Assembly: GCA_043228905.1 (NCBI GenBank)
Contig: JBHGNT010000008.1
Span: 186,001 to 250,000 of the forward strand
Reading direction: 5' to 3'
Origin: Azolla caroliniana
Taxonomy: Eukaryota; Plantae; Polypodiophyta
DNA length: 64,000 bases
The notes beneath the pieces were generated by a model, which did not search any database, was not told the DNA's origin, and saw only the letters and a program-made list of their open reading frames with translations. Of the stretch, positions 36,640 to 49,499 are shown piece by piece. Made by a program: the position numbers and the translations under genes. Position 1 is the first letter of the stretch; each line of letters starts with the position of its first letter.

Positions 36640-39600
36640 ATAGGTAGCATTGTTAGCTTCGATTCGCATGTTTGAACACTAAAATCCTATATCACATGGG
36701 CCAGGTATGAACATTTTAATTTAATCATGCGCTCTTCTCAATCCCTCCTTTAATTTGGTAATTTCTTCATGTCTCTCGACCTGAGTTTCAAAACCTTGAT
36801 TTTTTAATTCCATATCATAGCTAGCCTTGATAGCTTCGATTCATATGTTTGAACACTAAAATCCGATATCACATGGGCCAGGTATGAACATTTTAATTTA
36901 CTCTCGGGCTCTTCTCAATCCCTCCTCAAATTTGGTTATTTCTTCATGTCTCTCAACGTGACTTCCAAAATCTTGATTTTTTAATTCCATATCATAGCTA
37001 GCATTGTTAGCTTCGATTCGCATATTTGAACACTAAAATCCGATATCACATGGGCCAGGTATGAACATTTTAATTTACTCTCGGCCTCTTCTCTACTTCC
37101 CTCCTCAAATTTGGTTATTTCTTCATGTCTCTCAACGTGACTTTCAAAATCCTTATTTTTTACTTCCATATGATTGCTAACATTGTAACCTTCGATTCAA
37201 ATGTTCGAACACTAAAATCCGAAATCACATGGGACAGGTATGAACATTTTAATTTGATCTCGGGCTCTTCTCAACTCCTTCCTCAAATTTGGTAATTTCT
37301 TCATGTCTCTCGACCTGAGTTTCAAAAGCTTCATTTTTTAATTCCATATCATAGGTAGCATTGTTAGCTTCAATTCGCATGTTTGAACACAAAAATCCGA
37401 TATCACATGGGCCAGGTATGAACATTTTAATTTACTCTCGGGCTCTTCTCAACTCCCTCCTCTAATTTGGTAATTTCTTCATATCTCTCGACCTGAGTTT
37501 TCAAAGCTTGATTTTCTAATGCCATATCATAGCTAGCATTGTTAGCTTCGATTCGCATGTTTGAACACTAAAATCCTATATCACATGGGCCAGGTATGAA
37601 CATTTTAATTTACTCTCGGGCTCTTCTCAACTCCCTCCTCTAATTTGGTAATTTCTTCATATATCTCGACCTGAGTTTCCAAAGCTTGATTTTCTAATGC
37701 CATATCATAGCTAACATTGTTAGCTTCGATTCGCATGTTTGAACACTCAAATCCGATATCACATGGGCCAGGTATGAACATTTTAATTTACTCTCGGGCT
37801 CTTCTCAACTCCCTCCTCAAATTTGGTTATTTCTTCATGTCTCTTGACGTGAGTTTCAAAAGCTTGATTTTTGAATTCCATATCATAGGTAGCTTTGCTA
37901 GCTTCGATTCGCCTGGTTGAACACTAAAATCCGATATCACATGGGCCAGGTATGAACATTTTAATTTACTCTCGGGCTCTTCTCTACTCCCTCCTCTAAT
38001 TTTGGAATTTCTTCATGTCTCTCGACCTGAGTTTCAAAAGATTCATTTTTGATTTCCATAACATAGCTCGCATTGCTAGCTTCGATTCGCATGTTTGAAC
38101 ACTAAAATCCGATATCACATGGGCCAGGTATGAACATTTTAATTTACTCTCGGCCTCTTCTCAACTCCCTCCTCTAATTTGGTAATTTCTTCATATCTCT
38201 CGACCTGAGTTTCCAAAGATTAATTTTCTAATGCCATATCATAGCTAGCCTTGTTAGCTTCGATTCGCATGTTTGAACACTCAAATCCGATATCACATGG
38301 GCCAGGTATGAACATTTTAATTTACTCTCGGGCTCTTCTCAACTCCCTCCTCAAATTTGGTTATTTCTTCCTGTCTCTTGACGTGAGTTTCAAAAGCTTG
38401 ATTTTTGAATTCCATATCATAGGTAGCTTTGCTAGCTTCGATTCGCAAGATTGAACACTAAAATCCGATATCACATGGGCCAGGTATGAACATTTTAATT
38501 TACTCTCGGGCTCTTCTCAATCCCTCCTCTAATTTGGTAATATCTTCATGTCTCGCGACCTGAGTTTCAAAATCTTGATTTTTTAATTCCATATCATAGC
38601 TAGCATTGTTAGCTTCGATTCGCCTGTTTGAACACTAAAATCCGATATTCAATGGGCCAGTTATGAACATTTTAATTTACTCTCGGCCTCTTCTCTACTC
38701 CTTCCTCTAATTTGGTAATTTCTTCATGTCTTTCGACATGAGTTTCAAAAGATTTATTTTTTAAGTCCATATCGTAGGTAGCATTGTTAGCTTCGATTCG
38801 CATGTTTGAACACTAAAATCCTATATCACATGGGCCAGGTATGAACATTTTAATTTAATCATGCGCTCTTCTCAATCCCTCCTTTAATTTGGTAATTTCT
38901 TCATGTCTCTCGACCTGAGTTTCAAAACCTTGATTTTTTAATTCCATATCATAGCTAGCCTTGATAGCTTCGATTCGTATGTTTGAACACTAAAATCCGA
39001 TATCACATGGGCCAGGTATGAACATTTTAATTTACTCTCGGGCTCTTCTCAATCCCTCCTCAAATTTGGTTATTTCTTCATGTCTCTCAACGTGACTTCC
39101 AAAATCTTGATTTTTTAATTCCATATCATAGCTAGCATTGTTAGCTTCGATTCGCATATTTGAACACTAAAATCCGATATCACATGGGCCAGGTATGAAC
39201 ATTTTAATTTACTCTCGGCCTCTTCTCTACTTCCCTCCTCAAATTTGGTTATTTCTTCATGTCTCTCAACGTGACTTTCAAAATCCTTATTTTTTACTTC
39301 CATATGATTGCTAACATTGTAACCTTCGATTCAAATGTTCGAACACTAAAATCCGAAATCACATGGGACAGGTATGAACATTTTAATTTGATCTCGGGCT
39401 CTTCTCAACTCCCTCCTCAAATTTGGTAATTTCTTCATGTCTCTCGACCTGAGTTTCAAAAGCTTCATTTTTTAATTCCATATCATAGGTAGCATTGTTA
39501 GCTTCAATTCGCATGTTTGAACACAAAAATCCGATATCACATGGGCCAGGTATGAACATTTTAATTTACTCTCGGGCTCTTCTCAACTCCCTCCTCTAAT

Positions 39601-41050
39601 TTGGTAATTTCTTCATATCTCTCGACCTGAGTTTTCAAAGCTTGATTTTCTAATGCCATATCATAGCTAGCATTGTTAGCTTCGATTCGCATGTTTGAAC
39701 ACTAAAATCCTATATCACATGGGCCAGGTATGAACATTTTAATTTACTCTCGGGCTCTTCTCAACTCCCTCCTCTAATTTGGTAATTTCTTCATATATCT
39801 CGACCTGAGTTTCCAAAGCTTGATTTTCTAATGCCATATCATAGCTAACATTGTTAGCTTCGATTCGCATGTTTGAACACTCAAATCCGATATCACATGG
39901 GCCAGGTATGAACATTTTAATTTACTCTCGGGCTCTTCTCAACTCCCTCCTCAAATTTGGTTATTTCTTCATGTCTCTTGACGTGAGTTTCAAAAGCTTG
40001 ATTTTTGAATTCCATATCATAGGTAGCTTTGCTAGCTTCGATTCGCCTGGTTGAACACTAAAATCCGATATCACATGGGCCAGGTATGAACATTTTAATT
40101 TACTCTCGGGCTCTTCTCTACTCCCTCCTCTAATTTTGGAATTTCTTCATGTCTCTCGACCTGAGTTTCAAAAGATTCATTTTTGATTTCCATAACATAG
40201 CTCGCATTGCTAGCTTCGATTCGCATGTTTGAACACTAAAATCCGATATCACATGGGCCAGGTATGAACATTTTAATTTACTCTCGGCCTCTTCTCAACT
40301 CCCTCCTCTAATTTGGTAATTTCTTCATATCTCTCGACCTGAGTTTCCAAAGATTAATTTTCTAATGCCATATCATAGCTAGCCTTGTTAGCTTCGATTC
40401 GCATGTTTGAACACTCAAATCCGATATCACATGGGCCAGGTATGAACATTTTAATTTACTCTCGGGCTCTTCTCAACTCCCTCCTCAAATTTGGTTATTT
40501 CTTCCTGTCTCTTGACGTGAGTTTCAAAAGCTTGATTTTTGAATTCCATATCATAGGTAGCTTTGCTAGCTTCGATTCGCAAGATTGAACACTAAAATCC
40601 GATATCACATGGGCCAGGTATGAACATTTTAATTTACTCTCGGGCTCTTCTCAATCCCTCCTCTAATTTGGTAATATCTTCATGTCTCGCGACCTGAGTT
40701 TCAAAATCTTGATTTTTTAATTCCATATCATAGCTAGCATTGTTAGCTTCGATTCGCCTGTTTGAACACTAAAATCCGATATTCAATGGGCCAGTTATGA
40801 ACATTTTAATTTACTCTCGGCCTCTTCTCTACTCCTTCCTCTAATTTGGTAATTTCTTCATGTCTTTCGACATGAGTTTCAAAAGATTTATTTTTTAAGT
40901 CCATATCGTAGGTAGCATTGTTAGCTTCGATTCGCATGTTTGAACACTAAAATCCTATATCACATGGGCCAGGTATGAACATTTTAATTTAATCATGCGC
41001 TCTTCTCAATCCCTCCTTTAATTTGGTAATTTCTTCATGTCTCTCGACCT
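36640..41050. repeat. Higher-order repeat: near-identical tandem duplication of a 2134-bp 12-mer
   Basis: CCATATCGTAGG at 38767/40901. Identical satellite ORFs at 36981/39115, 37717/39851 and 38251/40385, all offset by 2134. Confidence 0.9.
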
Positions 41051-44000
41051 GAGATTCAAAACCTTGATTTTTTAATTCGATATCATAGCTAGCCTTGTTA
41101 GCTTCGATTCGTATGTTTGAACACTAAAATCCGATATCACATGGGCCAGGTATGAACATTTTAATTTACTCTCGGGCTCTTCTCAACTCCCTCCTCAAAT
41201 TTGGTTATTTCTTCATGTCTCTCAACGTGACTTTCAAAATCCTTATTTTCTACTTCCATATGATAGCTAACATTGTAAGCTTCGATTCAAATGTTTGAAC
41301 ACTAAAATCCGATATCACATGGGACAGGTATGAACATTTTAATTTGATCTCGGGCTCTTCTCAACTCCCTCCTCAAATTTGGTAATTTCTTCATGTCTCT
41401 CGACCTGAGTTTCAAAAGCTTCATTTTTTAATTCCATATCATAGGTAGCATTGTTAGCTTCAATTAGCATGTTTGAACACAAAAATCCGATATCACATGG
41501 GCCAGGTATGAACATTTTAATTTACTCTGGGGCTCTTCTCAACTCCCTCCTCTAATTTGGTAATTTCTTCATATCTCTCGACCTGAGTTTCCAAAGATTG
41601 ATTTTCTAATGCCATATCATAGCTAGCCTTGTTAGCTTCGATTCGCATGTTTGAACACTCAAATCCGATATCACATGGGCCAGGTATGAACATTTTAATT
41701 TATGCTCGGGCTCTTCTCAACTCCCTCCTCAAATTTGGTTATTTCTTCATGTCTCTTGATGTGAGTTTCAAAAGCTTGATTTTTGAATTCCATATCATAG
41801 GTAGCTTTGCTAGCTTCGATTCGCAAGATTGAACACTAAAATCCGATATCACATGGGCCAGGTATGAACATTTTAATTTACTCTCTGCCTCTTCTCTACT
41901 CCCTCCTCTAATTTCGTAATTTTTTCATGTCTTTCAACATGAGTTTCAAAAGATTTATTTTTTAAGTCCAAATCATAGGTAGCATTGTTAGCTTCGATTC
42001 GCATGTTTGAACACTAAAATCCTATATCACATGGGCCAGGTATGAACATTTTAATTTACTCATGCGCTCTTCTCAATCCCTCCTTTAATTTGGTAATTTC
42101 TTCATGTCTCTCGACCTGAGTTTCAAAACCTTGATTTTTTAATTCGATATCATAGCTAGCCTTGTTGGCTTCGATTGGTATGTTTGAACACTAAAATCCG
42201 ATATCACATGGGCCAGGTATGAACATTTTATTTTACTCTCGGGCTCTTCTCAATCCCTCCTCAAATTTGGTTATTTCTTCATGTCTCTCAACGTGACTTT
42301 CAAAATCTTGATTTTTTAATTCCATATCATAGCTAGCATTGTTAGCTTCGATTCGCATATTTGAACACTAAAATCCGATATCACATGGGCCAGGTATGAA
42401 CATTTTAATTTACTCTCGGCCTCTTCTCTACTTCCCTCCTCAAATTTGGTTATTTCTTCATGTCTCTCAACGTGACTTTCAAAATCCTTATTTTTTACTT
42501 CCATATGATTGCTAACATTGTAACCTTCGATTCAAATGTTTGAACACTAAAACCCGATATCACATGGGACAGGTATGAACATTTTAATTTGATCTCGGGC
42601 TCTTCTCAACTCCCTCCTCAAATTTGTTAATTTCTTCATGTCTCTCGACCTGAGTTTCAAAAGCTTCATTTTTTAATTCCATATCATAGGTAGCATTGTT
42701 AGCTTCAATTCGCATGTTTGAACACAAAAATCCGATATCACATGGGCCAGGTATGAACATTTTAATTTACTCTCGGGCTCTTCTCAACTCCCTCCTCTAA
42801 TTTGGTAATTTCTTCATATCTCTCGACCTGAGTTTCCAAAGCTTGATTTTCTAATGCCATATCATAGCTAGCCTTGTTAGCTTCGATTCGCATGTTTGAA
42901 CACTCAAATCCGATATCACATGGGCCAGGTATGAACATTTTAATTTACTCTCGGACTCTTCTCAACTCCCTCCTCAAATTTGGTTATTTCTTCATGTCTC
43001 TCGACCTGAGTTTCAAATCCGATATTCAATGGGCCAGTTATGAACATTTTAATTTACTCTCGGCCTCTTCTCTACTCCTTCCTCTAATTTGGTAATTTCT
43101 TCATGTCTCTCGACCTGAGTTTCAAAATCTTGATTTTTGATTTCCATAACATAGCTCGCATTGTTAGCTTCGATTCGCATATTTGAACACTAAAATCCGA
43201 TATCACATGGGCCAGGTATGAACATTTTAATTTACTCTCGGCCTCTTCTCAACTCCCTCCTCTAATTTGGTAATTTCTTCATATCTCTCGACCTGAGTTT
43301 CCAAAGATTGATTTTCTAATGCCATATCATAGCTACCCTTGTTAGCTTCGATTCGCATGTTTGAACACTCAAATCCGATATCACATGGGCCAGGTATGAA
43401 CATTTTAATTTACTCTCGGGCTCTTCTCAACTCCCTCCTCAAATTTGGTTATTTCTTCCTGTCTCTCGACGTGACTTTCAAAAGCTTGATTTTTGTATTC
43501 CATATCATAGCTAGCATTGTTAGCTTCGATTCCCATGTTTGAACACTAAAATCCGATATCACATGGGCCAGGTATGAACATTTTAATTTACTCTCGGGCT
43601 CTTCTCAATCCCTCCTCTAATTTGGTAATATCTTCATGTCTCTCGACCTGACTTTCAAAATCTTGATTTTTTAATTCCATATCATAGCTAGCATTGTTAG
43701 CTTCGATTCGCCTGTTTGAACACTAAAATCCGATATTCAATGGGCCAGTTATGAACATTTTAATTTACTCTCGGCCTCTTCTCTACTGCTTCCTCTAATT
43801 TGGTAATTTCTTCATGTCTTTCGACATGAGTTTCAAAAGATTGATTTTTTAAGTCCATATCATAGGTAGCATTGTTAGCTTCGATTCGCATGTTTGAACA
43901 CTAAAATCCTATATCACATGGGCCAGGTATGAACATTTTAATTTACTCATGCGCTCTTCTCAATCCCTCCTTTAATTTGGTAATTTCTTCATGTCTCTCG

Positions 44001-47000
44001 ACCTGAGATTCAAAACCTTGATTTTTTAATTCGATATCATAGCTAGCCTTGTTAGCTTCGATTCGTATGTTTGAACACTAAAATCCGATATCACATGGGC
44101 CAGGTATGAACATTTTAATTTACTCTCGGGCTCTTCTCAATCCCTCCTCAAATTTGGTTATTTCTTCATGTCTCTCAACGTGACTTTCAAAATCTTGATT
44201 TTTTAATTCCATATCATAGCTAGCATTGTTAGCTTCGATTCGCATATTTGAACACTAAAATCCGATATCATATGGGCCAGGTATGAACATTTTAATTTAC
44301 TCTCGGCCTCTTCACTACTTCCCTCCTCAAATTTGGTTATTTCTTCATGTCTCTCAACGTGACTTTCAAAATCCTTATTTTTTACTTCCATATGATTGCT
44401 AACATTGTAACCTTCGATTCAAATGTTTGAACACTAAAATCCGATATCACATGGGACAGGTATGAACATTTTAATTTGATCTCGGGCTCTTCTCAACTCC
44501 CTCCTCAAATTTGGTAATTTCTTCACAAAAATCCGATATCACATGGGCCAGATATGAACATTTTAATTTACTCTCGGGCTCTTCTCAACTCCCTCCTCTA
44601 ATTTGGTAATTTCTTCATATCTCTCGACCTGAGTTTCCAAAGCTTGATTTTCTAATGCCATATCATAGCTAGCATTGTTAGCTTGATTCGCATGTTTGAA
44701 CACTCAAATCCGATATCACATGGGCCAGGTATGAACATTTTAATTTACTCTCGGGCTCTTCTCAACTCCCTCCTCAAATTTGGTTATTTCTTCATGTCTC
44801 TTGACGTGAGTTTCAAAACCTTGATTTTTTAATTCCATATCATAGCTAGCATTGTTAGATTCGATTCGCCTGTTTGAACACTAAAATCCGATATTCAATG
44901 GGCCAGTTATGAACATTTTAATTTACTCTCGGCCTCTTCTCTACTCCTTCCTCTAAATTGGTAATTTCTTCATGTCTTTCGACATGAGTTTCAAAAGATT
45001 TATTTTTTAAATCCATATCATAGGTAGCATTGTTAGCTTCGATTCGCATGTTTGAACACTAAAATCCTATATCACATGGGCCAGGTATGAACATTTTAAT
45101 TTACTCATGCGCTCTTCTCAATCCCTCCTTTAATTTGGTAATTTCTTCATGTCTGTCGACCTGAGATTCAAAACCTTGATTTTCTAATGCCATATCATAG
45201 CTAGCCTTGTTAGCTTCGATTCGTATGTTTGAACACTAAAATCCGATATCACATGGGCCAGGTATGAAAATTTTATTTTACTCTCGGGCTCTTCTCAACT
45301 CCCTCCTCAAATTTGGTTATTTCTTCATGTCTCTCAACGTGACTTTCAAAATCCTTATTTTGTACGTCCATATGATAGCTAACATTGTAAGCTTCGATTC
45401 AAATGTTTGAACACTAAAATCCGATATCACATGGGACAGGTATGAACATTTTAATTTGATCTCGGGCTCGTCTCAACTCCCTCCTCAAATTTGGTAATTT
45501 CTTCATGTCTCTAGACCTGAGTTTCAAAAGCTTCATTTTTTAATTCCATATCATAGGTAGCATTGTTAGCTTCAATTAGCATGTTTGAACACAAAAATCC
45601 GATATCACATGGGCCAGGTATGAACATTTTAATTTACTCTCGGCCTCTTCTCAACTCCCTCCTCTAATTTGGTAATTTCTTCATATCTCTCGACCTGAGT
45701 TTCCAAAGATTGATTTTCTAATGCCATATCATAGCTAGCCTTGTTAGCTTCGATTCGTATGTTTGAACACTCAAATCCGATATCACATGGGCCAGGTATG
45801 AACATTTTAATTTACTCTCGGGCTCTTCTCAACTCCCTCCTCAAATTTGGTTATTTCTTCATGTCTCTTGACGTGAGTTTCAAAAGCTTGATTTTTGAAT
45901 TCCATATCATAGGTAGTTTTGCTAGCTTCGATTCGCAAGATTGAACACTAAAATCCGATATCACATGGGCCAGGTATGAACATTTTAATTTACTCTCGGG
46001 CTCTTCTCAATGCCTCCTCTAATTTGGTAATATCTTCATGTCTCTCGACCTGAGTTTCAAAATCTTGATTTTTTAATTCCATATCATAGCTAGCATTGTT
46101 AGCTTCGATTCGCCTGTTTGAACACTAAAATCCGATATTCAATGGGCCAGTTATGAACATTTTAATTTACTCTCGGCCTCTTCTCTACTCCTTCCTCTAA
46201 TTTGGTAATTTCTTCATGTCTTTCGACATGAGTTTCAAAAGATTGATTTTTTAAGTCCATATCATAGGTAGCATTGTTAGCTTCGATTCGCATGTTTGAA
46301 TACTTAAATCCTATATCACATGGGCCAGGTATGAACATTTTAATTTACTTATGCGCTCTTCTCAATCCCTCCTTTAATTTGGTAATTTCTTCATGTCTCT
46401 CGACCTGAGATTCAAAACCTTGATTTTTTAATTCGATATCATAGCTAGCCTTGTTAGCTTCGATTCGTATGTTTGAACACTAAAATCCGATATCACATGG
46501 GCCAGGTATGAACATTTTAATTTACTCTCGGGCTCTTCTCAACTCCCTCCTCAAATTTGGTTATTTCTTCATGTCTCTCAACGTGACTTTCAAAATCCTT
46601 ATTTTGTACTTCCATATGATAGCTAACATTGTAAGCTTCGATTCAAATGTTTGAACACTCAAATCCGATATCACATGGGCCAGGTATGAACATTTTAATT
46701 TGATCTCGGGCTCGTCTCAACTCCCTCCTCAAATTTGGTAATTTCTTCATGTCTCTGGACCTGAGTTTCAAAAGCTTCATTTTTTAATTCCATATCATAG
46801 GTAGCATTGTTAGCTTCGATTCGCCTGGTTGAACACTAAAATCCGATATTCAATGGGCCAGTTATGAACATTTTAATTTACTCTCGGCCTCTTCTCTACT
46901 CCTTCCTCTAATTAGGTAATTTCTTCATGTCTTTCGACATGAGTTTCAAAAGATTGATTTTTTAATTTGATATCATAGGTAGCATTGTTAGCTTCGATTC

Positions 47001-49499
47001 GTATGTTTGAACACTAAAATCCGATATCACATGGGCCAGGTATGAACATTTTAATTTACTCTCGGGCTCTTCTCAATCCCTCCTCAAATTTGGTTATTTC
47101 TTCATGTCTCTCAACGTGACTTTCAAAATCTTGATTTTTTAATTCCATATCATAGCTAGCATTGTTAGCTTCGATTCGCATATTTGAACACTAAAATCCG
47201 ATATCATATGGGCCAGGTATGAACATTTTAATTTACTCTCGGGCTCTTCTCTACTTCCCTCCTCAAATTTGGTTATTTCTTCATGTCTCTCAACGTGAGT
47301 TTCAAAATCCTTATTTTTTACTTCCATATGATTGCTAACATTGTAACCTTCGAGTCAAATGTTTGAACACTAAAATCCGATATCACATGGGACAGGTATG
47401 AACATTTTAATTTGATCTCGGGCTCTTCTCAACTCCCTCCTCAAATTTGGTAATTTCTTCACAAAAATCCGATATCACATGGGCCAGGTATGAACATTTT
47501 AATTTACTCTCGGGCTCTTCTCAACTCCCTCCTCTAATTTGGTAATTTCTTCATATCTCTCGACCTGAGTTTCCAAAGCTTGATTTTCTAATGCCATATC
47601 ATAGCTAGCATTGTTAGCTTGATTCGCATGTTTGAACACTCAGATCCGATATCACATGGGCCAGGTATGAACATTTTAATTTACTCTCGGGCTCTTCTCA
47701 ACTCCCTCCTCTAATTTGGTAATTTCTTCATATCTCTCGACCTGAGTTTCCAAAGCTTGATTTTCTAATGCCATATCATAGCTAGCATTGTTAGCTTCGA
47801 TTCGCATGTTTGAACACTCAAATCCGATATCACATGGGCCAGGTATGAACATTTTAATTTACTCTCGGGCTCTTCTCAACTCCCTCCTCAAATTTGGTTA
47901 TTTCTTCATGTCTCTCGACGTGAGTTTCAAAAGCTTGATTTTTTAATTCCATATCATAGCTAGCATTGTTAGATTCGATTCGCCTGTTTGAACACTAAAA
48001 TCCGATATTCAATGGGCCAGTTATGAACATTTTAATTTACTCTCAGCCTCTTCTCTACTCCTTCCTCTAAATTGGTAATTTCTTCATGTCTTTCGACATG
48101 AGTTTCAAAAGATTGATTTTTTAAGTCCATATCATAGGTAGCATTGTTAGCTTCGATTCGCATGTTTGAACACTAAAATCCTATATCACATGGGCCAGGT
48201 ATGAACATTTTAATTTACTCATGCGCTCTTCTCAATCCCTCCTTTAATTTGGTAATTTCTTCATGTCTCTCGACCTGAGTTTCAAAACCTTGATTTTTTA
48301 ATTTGATATCATAGCTAGCCTTGTTAGCTTCGATTCATATGTTTGAACACAAAAATCCGATATCACATGGGCCAGGTATGAACATTTTAATTTACTCTCG
48401 GGCTCTTCTCAACTCCCTCCTCAAATTTGGTTATTTCTTCATGTCTCTCAACGTGACTTTCAAAATCCTTATTTTTTACTTCCATATGATAGCTAACATT
48501 GTAAGCTTCGATTCAAATGTTTGAACACTAAAATCCGATATCACATGGGACAGGTAAGAACATTTTAATTTGATCTCGGGCTCTTCTCAACTCCCTCCTC
48601 AAATTTGGTAATTTTTTCATGTCTCTGGACCTGAGTTTCAAAAGCTTCATTTTTTAATTCGATATCATAGGTAGCATTTTTAGCTTCAATTCGCATGTTT
48701 GAACACAAAAATCCGATATTACATGGGCGAGGTATGAACATTTTAATTTACTCTTGGGCTCTTCTCAATCCCTCCTCTAATTTGGGAATTTCTTCATGTC
48801 TCTCGACCTGAGTTTCAAAATCTTAATTTTTTAATTCCATATCATAGCTAGCATTGTTAGCTTCGATTCGCCTGTTTGAACACTAAAATCCGATATTCAA
48901 TGGGCCAGTTATGAACATTTTAATTTACTCTCGGCCTCTTCTCTACTCCTTCCTCTAAATTGGTAATTTCTTCATGTCTTTCGACATGAGTTTCAAAAGA
49001 TTGATTTTTTAAGTCCATATCATAGGTAGCATTGTTAGCTTCGATTCGCATGTTTGAACACTAAAATCCTATATCACATGGGCCAGGTATGAACATTTTA
49101 CTTTACTCATGCGCTCTTCTCAATCCCTCCTTTAATTTGGTAATTTCTTCATGTCTCTCGACATGAGTTTCAAAATCTTGATTTTTTAATTCGATATCAT
49201 AGCTACCGTTGTTAGCTTCGATTCGCATGTTTGAACACTAAAATCCGATATCACATGGGCCAGGTATGAACATTTTAATTCACTCTCGGGCTCTTCTCAA
49301 CTCCCTCCTCAAATTTGGTTATTTCTTCATGTCTCTCAACGTGAGTTTCAAAATCCTTATTTTTTACTTCCATATGATAGCTAACATTGTAAGCTTCGAT
49401 TCAAATGTTTGAACACTAAAATTGGATATCACATGGGACAGGTATGAACATTTTAATTTACTCTCGGGCTCTTCTCTACTCCCTCCTCTAATTTGGCAA

